From Phycisphaerae bacterium (GTDB lineage: Bacteria > Planctomycetota > Phycisphaerae > UBA1845 > Fen-1342), in assembly GCA_963675745.2 (NCBI GenBank), contig CAXXWX010000019.1, positions 256,001-320,000 of the forward strand: a stretch of 64,000 nt of DNA, written 5' to 3'. Every line of letters starts with the position of its first letter. Position 1 is the first letter of the stretch. The notes under the pieces are model-generated. The model was not told the origin of the DNA and ran no database searches. It worked only from the letters and a program-made list of their open reading frames with translations. The position numbers were made by a program, and so were the translations under genes. Of this stretch, positions 38,919 through 49,222 are shown piece after piece.

Positions 38919-41900
38919 ATGTACAACCAGCGGCTCGCACGCGTGTCTGTGGTCACGCTCACAGTGCTCGCAGGTATTATGACTACCATCTGGCTGGGCG
39001 GCTGTCCACTCGCCCCTCAGCCCCAGCAGCCGACAAGCGCCCTCGACGGTTCGGGCGCGGATTCAACAGACGGGACCGACGGTACCGATGGAGGCACAAC
39101 GACGCCATCCGGGCCCAACGATCCACGTCCGGTAACCCCCGCAGGCGGCGACAGTAACGAGCCCACGGAGCCCGTGGAGCCGTTCGACCCGTTCATACCG
39201 GTCGACGGCGGGGGCGACGGTGGCGGTGACGGCGGCACGATTCGACCCGTTACGGTCGAACTCATCGAGCCCCTCTCACGGCTGCAAGTTCCCAGTGGAA
39301 CCATCATCGATATCGCCTTTACCGCAACCGATCCCGACGGCGCCCTCGAGACGCTCCAAGTCGTACTTTTCCGCGACAACAACGCCGACGAGGATCCCGA
39401 CGATCTCGACGACGACGGCGAGATTACCAGCGCTGATGCCGTCTTTGAACGCACCAGCACCAGCTTCGTTGCCGGTGCAACCAACCGCCTGTCTCTAAAC
39501 ACATCCGACATCTTCGATGCCGGCCTGCTTAACGCCGAGAGCTTCGGGCGCTTCGTCATCGGCGTGAGCTCCAGCGACAATCTCGGCCGCGAGGCTTTGG
39601 ATTACTCCCCCCGAGCCCTGATTCTCAAGACCGAGATCCCTGCTATCTCCCTCACCGGCCCCGTGACACCGACCAGCCCGCTGGGCATCGGCACGCCGGT
39701 CTCGATCGATTTCTTCGTTGAGGATCCTGACAACGCGCTGTTGCCGCAGCCCGATGGCCTGAAGATCATCTATGCCAAGGACGACGATGGCGACGCGCAG
39801 CCGGACGCCGGCCAGGCGATCAACACCATCGACGTCGTTAATCTCGGCGTCGGCGAAAACTCCTATTCATTCGACACACGCCGCCTGCTGGATGAGGGGC
39901 TGCTCGACGCCACCGGCGGCGGACAGTTCGTCTTCGGTGTGAGTGCCAGCGACAATGTCGGCCGGACCTATCAGCATTGGTCAGGTGGCACCGTCACGGT
40001 CGAGAGCATCGCACCCGGCGGCAGCATTAACTCGCCGGCCGGTGCGACCGCGATCCGCCCGGGCAACGCGCTCGAAGTGGTCTTTACCGTCACCGATCCC
40101 GACACCGTCCTGCTGGCCCAGCCTAACGGCATCAAATTCGTCATCGCCCGTGATGAGGACGGCGTCGCCGGGGCTGACGAAATTGTCTTCACCGACGCTG
40201 CCATGACCTTCGCGGCCGGCCAGCACACCTATGCGGTCGACACCAGCATGTTCACGAAACAAAACCTGCTGGACGCTGATGGCAATGGCACATTCCTGGT
40301 CGGCTTTGTGATTGCGGACATTTTCGGCCGCACAAACGCGGTTTACGCACCGTGGCAGCTTACCGTCGATAACGTCAAGCCCGTCGGCGTGATGTTCAAG
40401 ATGGCGACGCCCGACGACAACCCGCCCACCGACGATGGTGACCCCTTGCTCACCCCGTCGGTCGACCCAAGCGATGCGGACTATCCGCTGTGGATCGATC
40501 CCGAGAACCGCTTGATGACCATAAAGGGACGCGTCGGCTTCTGGTTCCGCACGACCGACACGTCCGACCTGACGATCAAGATCTGGGCCGACACCGACGA
40601 CGATGCCACTGGCGACACTGGTACGCTCGTTGCCGAGGCAGTCGCCGAAGCCGGCACCAACGTGGACACCGCGCTCAGTATCGACCTGACTGACCTGGCG
40701 CCGGACACGTACTACTACTACGTCACGATTGCCGACGCCGTCACCAGCGATCCGTACGCCTTTTACGCGCCGACACTTGATGACGGAAGTGACGATATTC
40801 GCCTCGGTCTGACCAAGCGCCTGGTTGGCGAGTTCCGGCTCGAACGGCTCACCGTGGAGCCTGATGATCCCCAGGATTCCGAGGGCGTCGTCTTCCAGGG
40901 TGTCAACTTCAATGACCTGGGTGGTTCGTCGCTCGCCGGCGTACCCAGTCTGAACGACGACAACGGCGATGGTGTGATCGACGAGAACGACAACGCCGAG
41001 TTCATCATTGGCGCGCGCTTCGGTAAGGCTTACATCATCGAGAACAACGGCGTCGGGTTTGGTGAGGCTTACCTGCTCTACGGCAACGCCGGCCGACTGT
41101 CCGGCACCAGGCCGTTGAACACCGTCGGAAGTTCCATCGACGGAATTGTCTTCCCAGGTATCCGCACACCGCGGGCCGCTGGGGCAACGGTTCCTCTGCC
41201 ATCCAACCCCGTTCTCACGTATCCGGCCAACGAGAGCACGCGCTGGACCGCCGGTCTTTCGGATGTCACCGTTGTGCCCGACATGGACGGTGATGATCGC
41301 CCCGAGCTCGTGTTCAGCTTCCCGCGCGTCGAGTCGGTCTCGCTCAGCGTCACCAGCCCGTCAGTTCAGCATCCGGAACTGGTGCCCGATCTTAACGCCA
41401 TGGGAAATCTCGAATACAACGCCTGGTATGGGCTTGTGCCTTCGTGGCACGTCAACGAGTCGCAGTTTACGCGTGGCGGCGTTGTCGTCGTGTCCAGTCA
41501 CAACGAGCTGCTGCAGTACCCGGATCTGCTCAACCGCAAGGCCGACCGCGTTATTGACCTGCACGAAGTCGGCCAGCTCTTCAGCAGCATGAGCCGGCCC
41601 GATCCGGTTATCTATCCCGCGCTGGTCTTCTCGCGCGGCGACACTTGTGCTGATTGCGATGGCGACCTGAGCAACGGTTGGGATGCGGGCGACAACGCTG
41701 ATCCTAACAACCCGACGCCGGGCAATTGCGGCGACGACAACTGCGGCGATCCCACGGATGGACGCGAAGAGCAGATCGCGCGCTGGGTCATCGAGTGGGA
41801 CATCGCGTTCAACAACCAGGGCCCCGGCGGATTCCTCCAATCATGGACGGTGCCACCCGCCGAGCCGCCGCTGGCGAACCCGGCCTCGTGGCCGTACCCG

Positions 41901-43940
41901 ACCGGGCTGGGCTTCCCGTTGTTCGCCTACCCGAATATCTGGGCCGGGGACGTGGCATTCTGCGAGGACAAGTGCGAAATCACCAATGAGTGGTTTTCGT
42001 GGTTCCCGACTCTGCCTGGTACTACGCTGGCCGGCACACCTTCCTGGGCGACCACCGGCGATCCGTACCACGATCCGCTCCCGCAGTGCTACGAGGACAG
42101 ACGCCAAGCGCCTGACGTCGAACCGGATCCCCCGTGCCCGCCGGATGTGGATGAGACAGCCACCGATTCGGACAACGATGGCATCAACGACTGCCCGGCG
42201 CCGACGCTGGCTGACACGGCCACATTCACCACCTATCCCGACGCTGGCGGGGCCATAGCCTGGACCGGCTTCTACGGGCCCTATGTCTATCCCCGCGTCA
42301 GCGTAACGACCGGCGACACATTCCCGACGCCGATCGGCGCCCGCGTGCTCGGCCAGGAGCTTGACGACCAGTTCGGTACGGCCGTGGCTTCGGACGGAAC
42401 CTGGCTCATGATCACCGCGCCAAACCGCACGGCCAACGGTAATCACTACACCGATGATGTTCCCGCACTGACCGGCTCGCGCAACCTGTCGGGCGTGGCC
42501 TATCAGTTGCGCACGCTCTCGCCGGGTTCCAATGGAGTGAACCGCTCGCAGCTCTGGCTCGAACGCGAGGGCGCATACAATCCCGACACCGGTCAGTTCA
42601 CCTTCCGGTTTGGTGATCCCGAAAACCCCAACTGGACCATCACCCGTTGGCCGCAGGTTGACGTCGAGGACTTCACTCGGACCGACTACACCATGCCGGT
42701 GCCGCACAACTACATCATCGAGGCGATCGGTTCCAAGCGCGGCTCCGTTGACATGTACAACCGCGCGATGGGAGCCACGTGTCCGCCGGAATACAATGCC
42801 GGCGAAACCGGCGCTGATGCCGCTGGCATAACCGCGTTCACGCCGTACCCGGTCGGTACCGCCGGCTATTACATGGACCGCACACCCCAGATCGTGGGGC
42901 CACACGAAAACGCCAAGCTCTCCTTCGTCCGGGCATTGGGCGACGTGAACGATGACGGTGTCAACGATTTCGCCGTCGGCTCCCCCAATATCCGCAAGAC
43001 GGTGCCGGGCACGCCGGTTACCTTCAGTGCCGATCCAGCCGACACCGTCGGTTCGATCTTCATCGTTTACGGCCGGCCGACCGGTGTCGAGGGTGATTAC
43101 CTGCTCGAACAGCTCGCGCTAGACATCAACGACAACAGCCGCCTGAACGGCGTCCTGCTCCAGGGCTCGAAGGTTGGCGAGACGCTAGCACGCGTCTTTG
43201 ATGACGCCGGAGACTTTAACGGCGACGAAATCGCCGACGTGGTCATCGGCAATAAACAGGCCAATAACGGCACCGGCGAGGCGATTGTCCTCTTCGGCGC
43301 CATTGACCTGGTCAGCCCGGCCGGCGGTTGGACCCCCGACAACATCCCCGCAGGCCGCGCCATCCGATTCGTCGGTGAAGCCGTGGGTGACCTGGCCGGT
43401 GCCAATGTCACAGGCGTCGGCAATATAGATGCCGACACCAAGAAGAGAAGCACCGTCGATCCGGTTTCCGGTGAGACCATCATCGAAGACACCGGCATCG
43501 GCTTTGACGATATCCTCATCGCCGCGCCGAATGCCGATGTGGATCTCGACGGTGACGGGACGATTTCAAGTGACGAGCAGAGCGTCGGCAAGGTCTATCT
43601 GATCTACGGATCAGATGAGCTTTCCGGCACCATCAACCTCGCCGATGTCGGGACCGTCGACGTGCCCGGAGCCGTCTTCATCGGACGCAGCGGCGGCGAT
43701 CAGCTCGGTGGCGGTCAGAAGCTCATCGGCGGCACCAACCCCAACTTCGATGATCCCGCTGTGCCTGATTCCTACAACGTTCAGGCTTTCTCACGCGGCG
43801 TGGCCCAACTGGGCGACATCGATGGTGACGGAGCCGACGACCTGGCGATCAGCGCCATGCTCGGCGACGTGCTCGGACGCCAGGATGCCGGCGAAGTCTA
43901 CGTCATCTACGGTCGCAAGGGTGAGGGCGCCCCGGACTAG
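38919..43940 (+). CDS. Giant acidic lipoprotein with Ig-like repeats and FG-GAP (integrin-alpha-type) propeller
   Basis: Lipobox LGGC and GGAGG SD. Three ...DPD...LLD...G.F..G...D..GR repeats. Several GDxNxDG.xD..(I/V)G(A/S)P and G.(V/A)Y(L/V)(I/L)YG motifs. Confidence 0.85.
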   Translation: MYNQRLARVSVVTLTVLAGIMTTIWLGGCPLAPQPQQPTSALDGSGADSTDGTDGTDGGTTTPSGPNDPRPVTPAGGDSNEPTEPVEPFDPFIPVDGGGDGGGDGGTIRPVTVELIEPLSRLQVPSGTIIDIAFTATDPDGALETLQVVLFRDNNADEDPDDLDDDGEITSADAVFERTSTSFVAGATNRLSLNTSDIFDAGLLNAESFGRFVIGVSSSDNLGREALDYSPRALILKTEIPAISLTGPVTPTSPLGIGTPVSIDFFVEDPDNALLPQPDGLKIIYAKDDDGDAQPDAGQAINTIDVVNLGVGENSYSFDTRRLLDEGLLDATGGGQFVFGVSASDNVGRTYQHWSGGTVTVESIAPGGSINSPAGATAIRPGNALEVVFTVTDPDTVLLAQPNGIKFVIARDEDGVAGADEIVFTDAAMTFAAGQHTYAVDTSMFTKQNLLDADGNGTFLVGFVIADIFGRTNAVYAPWQLTVDNVKPVGVMFKMATPDDNPPTDDGDPLLTPSVDPSDADYPLWIDPENRLMTIKGRVGFWFRTTDTSDLTIKIWADTDDDATGDTGTLVAEAVAEAGTNVDTALSIDLTDLAPDTYYYYVTIADAVTSDPYAFYAPTLDDGSDDIRLGLTKRLVGEFRLERLTVEPDDPQDSEGVVFQGVNFNDLGGSSLAGVPSLNDDNGDGVIDENDNAEFIIGARFGKAYIIENNGVGFGEAYLLYGNAGRLSGTRPLNTVGSSIDGIVFPGIRTPRAAGATVPLPSNPVLTYPANESTRWTAGLSDVTVVPDMDGDDRPELVFSFPRVESVSLSVTSPSVQHPELVPDLNAMGNLEYNAWYGLVPSWHVNESQFTRGGVVVVSSHNELLQYPDLLNRKADRVIDLHEVGQLFSSMSRPDPVIYPALVFSRGDTCADCDGDLSNGWDAGDNADPNNPTPGNCGDDNCGDPTDGREEQIARWVIEWDIAFNNQGPGGFLQSWTVPPAEPPLANPASWPYPTGLGFPLFAYPNIWAGDVAFCEDKCEITNEWFSWFPTLPGTTLAGTPSWATTGDPYHDPLPQCYEDRRQAPDVEPDPPCPPDVDETATDSDNDGINDCPAPTLADTATFTTYPDAGGAIAWTGFYGPYVYPRVSVTTGDTFPTPIGARVLGQELDDQFGTAVASDGTWLMITAPNRTANGNHYTDDVPALTGSRNLSGVAYQLRTLSPGSNGVNRSQLWLEREGAYNPDTGQFTFRFGDPENPNWTITRWPQVDVEDFTRTDYTMPVPHNYIIEAIGSKRGSVDMYNRAMGATCPPEYNAGETGADAAGITAFTPYPVGTAGYYMDRTPQIVGPHENAKLSFVRALGDVNDDGVNDFAVGSPNIRKTVPGTPVTFSADPADTVGSIFIVYGRPTGVEGDYLLEQLALDINDNSRLNGVLLQGSKVGETLARVFDDAGDFNGDEIADVVIGNKQANNGTGEAIVLFGAIDLVSPAGGWTPDNIPAGRAIRFVGEAVGDLAGANVTGVGNIDADTKKRSTVDPVSGETIIEDTGIGFDDILIAAPNADVDLDGDGTISSDEQSVGKVYLIYGSDELSGTINLADVGTVDVPGAVFIGRSGGDQLGGGQKLIGGTNPNFDDPAVPDSYNVQAFSRGVAQLGDIDGDGADDLAISAMLGDVLGRQDAGEVYVIYGRKGEGAPD

Positions 43941-43980
43941 AAAACCGGCGGCAATCTCCGGCATGTGAAGTAAACTGAAC

Positions 43981-44013
43981 ACGGGCCCGCGTTTGAAAGG
44001 AACGCGGGCCCGT
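43981..44013. terminator. Hairpin between convergent genes (probable terminator)
   Basis: ACGGGCCCGCGTT-N7-AACGCGGGCCCGT, a perfect 13-bp stem with a weak T tail. Confidence 0.6.
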
Positions 44014-44096
44014 TCTCCATATCGCTCCAAGCAACGGCGGACGTTTCGCCAGCCGCCGGCTGCCGCGCACGGCGCCCCACGGTCCGCTGTGGGGAG

Positions 44097-44152
44097 CTGT
44101 GGCACAGGTTTTCAACCTGTGGGTATCCACCGGTTACAAACCGGTGCCACAG
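44097..44152. repeat. REP-like doublet, family C
   Basis: CTGTGGCACAGGTTTTCAACCTGTG ... CACCGGTTACAAACCGGTGCCACAG; each arm is a hairpin. Confidence 0.7.
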
Positions 44153-44163
44153 GGGGGAGGGGG

Positions 44164-45846
44164 CTACGCGGTGATATCGGCCGCCTTGGCGGGAATATCG
44201 ACTGCCTTGGCGCGCGCGACCTCGATCGCCTCCTGATAGCCGGCATCCACATGGCGTATAACACCCGTCGCCGGATCAGCCGTCAGGACGCGCTGCAATC
44301 GCTCGGCGGCGGCGTCCGTGCCGTCCGCGACGATTACCTGGCCCGCGTGGATGGAGTACCCGATGCCCACGCCCCCGCCGTGATGTACCGAGACCCATGT
44401 TGCCCCGCACGCGGTATTGACGAGTGCGTTCAGGATTGGCCAGTCGGCGATGGCGTCGGACCCGTCCTTCATGCCCTCTGTCTCGCGATTGGGTGATGCG
44501 ACAGAGCCGCAATCAAGGTGATCGCGCCCGATTACCAGGGGCGCCCGCACCTTTCCGCTGCGTACCAGGTCGTTGAAGATCAGCCCCATCTTGGCGCGTT
44601 GGCCATACTTGAGCCAGCAGATGCGCGCGGGCAGGCCCTGAAATGCGACCCGCTCCCGCGCCAGGCGAATCCAGCGACACAGGTGTGTCTCTTCCGGGAA
44701 GGTCTCCAGGACGGCGTCGTCCGTTGCCGCGATATCCGCCGGATCGCCTGACAGGGCCGCCCAGCGGAACGGTCCGGCACCCTCGCAGAACAGCGGCCGG
44801 ATGTACTCGGGCACAAAGCCGGGCACATCAAAGGCGTTGTCCACGCCGGCCTCTTTCGCGTGGCCGCGCAGGTTGTTGCCGTAGTCAAAGCAGACCGCGC
44901 CGCGCTGCTGGAGCTCCAACATGGCGCGCATGTGCTCGGCGATCGTGCGATATGACTCACGCGTATACTTGTCGGCGTCACTCGCACGCAGCGCAAGTGC
45001 ATCGGCGTAACTCATGCTGTTGGGCACATAGCCGTTGAGCGGATCATGGGCCGACGTCTGATCGGTCAGCACATCAGGCGTGAGGTTGCGGCGCAGGAGT
45101 TCGGCGAGCACGTCTGCGATGTTGGCTTGCAAACCGACGGACAGTGCCTCGCCGGCGTCGCGCGCCGCGGCCACCCAGTCGAGAGCTTGGTCTATGTCGT
45201 CGGTCATCTTGTCCAGGTACTTGGTTTGCAACCGGCGCTCGATGCGCTGCGCGTCGACCTCGACGCCGAGAAACACGGCTTCGTTCATCGTCGCGGCCAG
45301 CGGTTGGGCGCCGCCCATCCCCCCGAGTCCGCCGCTGACCAGCAGCCTGCCCTTCAGTGATCCACCGAAGTGGCGCACGGCACACGCGGCGAACGTCTCA
45401 TACGTGCCTTGCAGGATGCCTTGCGTGCCGATGTAGATCCAACTGCCGGCGGTCATCTGGCCATACATGGTCAAACCGAGGGCTTCGAGACGGCGGAACT
45501 CATCCCACGTCGCCCAGCGCGGCACCAGCAGCGAGTTCGCGATTAACACGCGCGGCGCGTCGGCGTGCGTCCTGACCACGCCCACCGCACGCCCCGATTG
45601 CACCAGCAGCGTTTCATCAGACTCGAGCTTTCGGAGCGCGGCGACGATCCGGTCGAAGTCGGCCCAACTGCGCGCGGCACGCCCCGAACCGCCGTAGATG
45701 ATGAGCTGCTCGGGTAATTCGGCCACGTCGGGATCGAGATTGTTCATGAGCATGCGCAGGGCGGCTTCCTGCTGCCACCCCTTGCAGGAGAGTTCGCCGC
45801 CGCGGGGGGCGCGAACGGTTCGCGGGCCGGACGTCGTAGTGGGCAT
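44164..45846 (-). CDS. hutU: Urocanate hydratase
   Basis: [72 protein letters not shown]. Confidence 0.97.
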   Translation of the reverse strand: MPTTTSGPRTVRAPRGGELSCKGWQQEAALRMLMNNLDPDVAELPEQLIIYGGSGRAARSWADFDRIVAALRKLESDETLLVQSGRAVGVVRTHADAPRVLIANSLLVPRWATWDEFRRLEALGLTMYGQMTAGSWIYIGTQGILQGTYETFAACAVRHFGGSLKGRLLVSGGLGGMGGAQPLAATMNEAVFLGVEVDAQRIERRLQTKYLDKMTDDIDQALDWVAAARDAGEALSVGLQANIADVLAELLRRNLTPDVLTDQTSAHDPLNGYVPNSMSYADALALRASDADKYTRESYRTIAEHMRAMLELQQRGAVCFDYGNNLRGHAKEAGVDNAFDVPGFVPEYIRPLFCEGAGPFRWAALSGDPADIAATDDAVLETFPEETHLCRWIRLARERVAFQGLPARICWLKYGQRAKMGLIFNDLVRSGKVRAPLVIGRDHLDCGSVASPNRETEGMKDGSDAIADWPILNALVNTACGATWVSVHHGGGVGIGYSIHAGQVIVADGTDAAAERLQRVLTADPATGVIRHVDAGYQEAIEVARAKAVDIPAKAADITA

Positions 45847-46085
45847 GGGCGCGCCTCCTGGTTCTGCCGGGAGCGATGAGTGGACGATTGCGCAAGTACC
45901 AGACTGTGAATAATAGAGCATTTTAAGCTCTTGCGCAGCAACCGGCAGCCACGCCAGCCGTAGAATCCTCGGGCGCTAGCTTATCGGCGGTGCGGCGGCC
46001 GGGCGCTACTTGATCCGAATAGACGCTGGCACGCCGGACGTACTGCGATTAAGCTCGCCGCTCGATCGCCGTGGAGGATTGGTTG

Positions 46086-47528
46086 ATGTTGCCGCGTGTG
46101 TCCATCGTTTTCGCATTGCTGACTGTCGTCATCGGCGCGCCGAATCTGCGTGCCGGCGAGCCGCTCGACTTGGTGCCGGCCGACAGCATGTTGACCTGGC
46201 ATGGCCGGGCATTTCCCGATGCGCCGGCACCCGATGCCGGGCCGACGTCACTGGATCGGATCATCGCCTCCGTCCCGCAGATGGTCGGTGAGCGCATGAC
46301 GCGTGGTCAGCGCATCAGCCTGCGCATCCTCCAGGCGTGCGGCCAGATGATCCGCTACCGGCACTGCATCGCGCTGATCGACGCATCGGCGATCCCGGCC
46401 GGCCGGCATCCCGACTCACGCCAGGCCGACGAGCTGCGCCTGGTCATGATTGTGGACACCAACGGCAAATCGGGCCCGTTTCTCAGCATCATTCAGACCG
46501 CCGCCAGCGAGCAGACCAACACCGAACACGCCAAGCTGGTCAAGAAGCACGCCGAACGCTGGGACTACACCGAGTTGCACGATGCGCGGCTGCCGGACTG
46601 GTACATCGTTGCGTGGGGCGAGATTGACAACCACTTCGTGCTCACGCTCGGGCGTGACGTGTGGCCGCGGATCGCCGGCATCGCTGCCGGCAAAGAGCCC
46701 GGCCTGTCGCGTGATCCGTGGGTGAGCGAGCACCGCGGTGAGCGGGGCCGCCACGCGCTGATCGAGATTATCGTAGACGCCGCGCGCATGCGCTCGCGGC
46801 TGGATCCCCTGATCCACAATTGGGTCAGCGAGTTCTTTGAGGTCTGGGGGGCGGGGAAGATGCAACGGGCGCACTGGGCGTTGGGGCTGAACGAGCGCGC
46901 GATGTACTGCGTCGCGAGTTTCCTCATGTCCGACGAAGGTGACGCCACGCACACGGTTGAGCGCGTGTTTGCTGACTCGGCCGAGAAGGATCCACGGATT
47001 CTCAATCTCGTGCCGTCCGGCTCGCGCTATGCCATTTACCGTGTGCCCACCTCCGAGATCCTGGTCAATTTCGTTCGCAGCCTGTTCGTCTGGCAGTCGG
47101 ATACCGCCCGCGAGCGGGCCGGCAAGCTGTGGGCCGAGATCCAGGAGGAATTCGGCTTTGATGCGCAGCGCGACGTGCTCGATCACCTCGGTGAAGTGGC
47201 GATCCTGCACAATTACCCGACGCACCCGTTGCGCCTGCCCGTGTTCTTCACGACGCTGATTGAGATCAAGGGCGATGTGAAGCAGGTTCGCAAGACGGTT
47301 GACGTGATGTGCGCGGCGTGGCAGGAGGGGCTCGACCGCGAGGCGGAACGCTCCGCTGCGCTGAACCCGATCCGGCTCAATCGTGACACTGATGGCATGT
47401 GGTATTTCCCGCTGGGGCCGTTCTTCAATGGGCTCGCGTGGAAGGTCACGGATCGCTATCTGGTGATCTCATGGTCGCCGATGGCCTTGCGACAATACCT
47501 GCGTGAGGCCGGCGATCGGCTGAAGTAG
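46086..47528 (+). CDS. Hypothetical exported protein
   Basis: Signal peptide (..APNLRA) and GGAGG SD; 480 aa. No family recognised. Confidence 0.72.
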   Translation: MLPRVSIVFALLTVVIGAPNLRAGEPLDLVPADSMLTWHGRAFPDAPAPDAGPTSLDRIIASVPQMVGERMTRGQRISLRILQACGQMIRYRHCIALIDASAIPAGRHPDSRQADELRLVMIVDTNGKSGPFLSIIQTAASEQTNTEHAKLVKKHAERWDYTELHDARLPDWYIVAWGEIDNHFVLTLGRDVWPRIAGIAAGKEPGLSRDPWVSEHRGERGRHALIEIIVDAARMRSRLDPLIHNWVSEFFEVWGAGKMQRAHWALGLNERAMYCVASFLMSDEGDATHTVERVFADSAEKDPRILNLVPSGSRYAIYRVPTSEILVNFVRSLFVWQSDTARERAGKLWAEIQEEFGFDAQRDVLDHLGEVAILHNYPTHPLRLPVFFTTLIEIKGDVKQVRKTVDVMCAAWQEGLDREAERSAALNPIRLNRDTDGMWYFPLGPFFNGLAWKVTDRYLVISWSPMALRQYLREAGDRLK

Positions 47529-47571
47529 TCGGCGTGTCGGCAGACCCGCGCGCCGCCGTTCCACGCACCAT

Positions 47572-47651
47572 GTAACGGCCGGCGCCCCGCCGGCCGTCGA
47601 ATGTCAGGCACGCCGTTGCGCGCCGATGGCCGGCGCCTCGCCGGCCGCCAC
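47572..47651. repeat. REP family A doublet (variant)
   Basis: GTAACGGCCGGCGCCCCGCCGGCCG ... GGCCGGCGCCTCGCCGGCCGCCAC. Confidence 0.7.
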
Positions 47652-47726
47652 AGTTGAATACGACTTTGACGAAATGCGTCGTACAGTGGCGCCGCCGGCG
47701 CCGAGCGCTGCAATGCGGAGACCCCG

Positions 47727-48587
47727 ATGCGAATTGGACTTTTGACAGCCCTGGACAGCCACGATGTGGCGTTTCTCGCAGGGTTGGGCTTTGAGAGTTT
47801 CGAGCTGCTGGCCTGGCCCGGACACCCGTTCGATCCGGCCAAGGTCACGGAGCGACAGATTGATGAGCTTAAATCACAGCTTGCCGCCCACGATGTCGAG
47901 CTGAGCTCGGTCGGCTATTACGACAACCACCTCGATCACACCAGGCAGCCGCTCGTCAAGGAGCACTTCCTCGGCCTGATGAAGGTCGGCAGGAGCCTCG
48001 GCACCGACGTCATCGGTACCTTCACCGGTCGCGACCCGGAGAAGTCAATCGTCGACAACATCCCCGCGATCAGGGAGTATTGGTCCGAGATGGCGAAGCG
48101 CGCCGCCGACATGGGTATGCGCATCGCGTTTGAAAACTGCCCCATGTTCCACCATCACCCGTTCCGCGGCATCAACACGGCGTTTACGCCCGGTGCATGG
48201 GAACGCATTTTTGACGCCGTGCCGGCGGACAACATTGGTCTCGAATGGGATCCCTCGCACCTGATCTGCCTGCTGATCGATCCGGTTCCGACCATCCGCC
48301 AGTTCGCCGGCAAAATCTTCCACGTCCACGCCAAAGACGCCGAAGTGTGCTGGGATGTCGTACGGCGTGAGGGCATCTGGGACGAGGGGGCGGTGCGCCA
48401 CCGCATGCCCGGCCTCGGGCAGGTCAACTGGCGCGAGGTGATCAGCGCGCTTATCGAGGCTGGCTACGAGGGTAATCTCGACATCGAAGGCGCCCACGAC
48501 CCGGTCTATGGCGGCAAGCTGGAAGAGGCCGGCCTGCGCGTCGGCCTCAATGCCCTGCGCCAATACGTCCCGAAGACAAGCACGTAG
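47727..48587 (+). CDS. Sugar phosphate isomerase/epimerase (xylose-isomerase-like TIM barrel)
   Basis: FENCP, GLEWDPSH, HVHAKD, PG.G.VNW, GY.G...IE. Confidence 0.88.
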   Translation: MRIGLLTALDSHDVAFLAGLGFESFELLAWPGHPFDPAKVTERQIDELKSQLAAHDVELSSVGYYDNHLDHTRQPLVKEHFLGLMKVGRSLGTDVIGTFTGRDPEKSIVDNIPAIREYWSEMAKRAADMGMRIAFENCPMFHHHPFRGINTAFTPGAWERIFDAVPADNIGLEWDPSHLICLLIDPVPTIRQFAGKIFHVHAKDAEVCWDVVRREGIWDEGAVRHRMPGLGQVNWREVISALIEAGYEGNLDIEGAHDPVYGGKLEEAGLRVGLNALRQYVPKTST

Positions 48588-48647
48588 CCAAGCGCGCACG
48601 CCGCTTGCGCCGCTGCCGTCCTGCGCGCGATCATCATCCGCGCGTCT

Positions 48648-49166
48648 TCAGCGTGGACTACGTTCAAGCTCAACCACGCCCCGCAGGTCCGGCGCGCGCA
48701 GCTTACCGAACAGATCCGCGACCCAGCCCTCGTTGACGTCAGACAGGTCTATTGTGAAGTAGTCAGGATCGAGGCCCTGGAACGAGCTCGCGAGACTGCG
48801 GTCGACCAGGAAAACGATTTTCTCCTCCTCCGTCCCAACGTCAATACCAACGCGACAGGTACAGACGGGCGCGAATCGGAACAGCGCCTCGTATGATATG
48901 CACGCTCCTTGCAGGGTATACTCCACCTCTGATTCGGACATTGCCCGGCCAAGTGCGTCGAGGATTACGGGATCTTCACACCTGACCGTCCGCCAATGTC
49001 CCGCGATCTCGATTGACGTAATCTTCTGCTCCCCGCCGCCTTTGAGGCAGCTTCTTAAGGCTGCATGAGCCCGCATACACGCATAGAAGTAGGCGAATCC
49101 CAGCCCAAGTATCAATACGACACTGGACCCCGCCACGGTCACCCACAATCGCCGCCTTGTTGTCAT
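48648..49166 (-). CDS. Hypothetical single-TM protein with atypical codon usage
   Basis: N-terminal TM; many A/T-ending codons relative to neighbours. Confidence 0.5.
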   Translation of the reverse strand: MTTRRRLWVTVAGSSVVLILGLGFAYFYACMRAHAALRSCLKGGGEQKITSIEIAGHWRTVRCEDPVILDALGRAMSESEVEYTLQGACISYEALFRFAPVCTCRVGIDVGTEEEKIVFLVDRSLASSFQGLDPDYFTIDLSDVNEGWVADLFGKLRAPDLRGVVELERSPR

Positions 49167-49222
49167 TCCGTCCACGCGCACAAGACTCACGCGGCACCCT
49201 CGCCGAGCGAGGTTGCACGACG

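Noticed and set aside
41634..41642. RGD tripeptide in the FG-GAP protein
   Set aside because: A single tripeptide in about 1670 aa of Gly/Asp-rich sequence is expected by chance.
3633..47651. CRISPR array from the recurring 25-28-nt palindromes
   Set aside because: Copies are dispersed and inverted, not tandem with spacers, and there are no cas genes.
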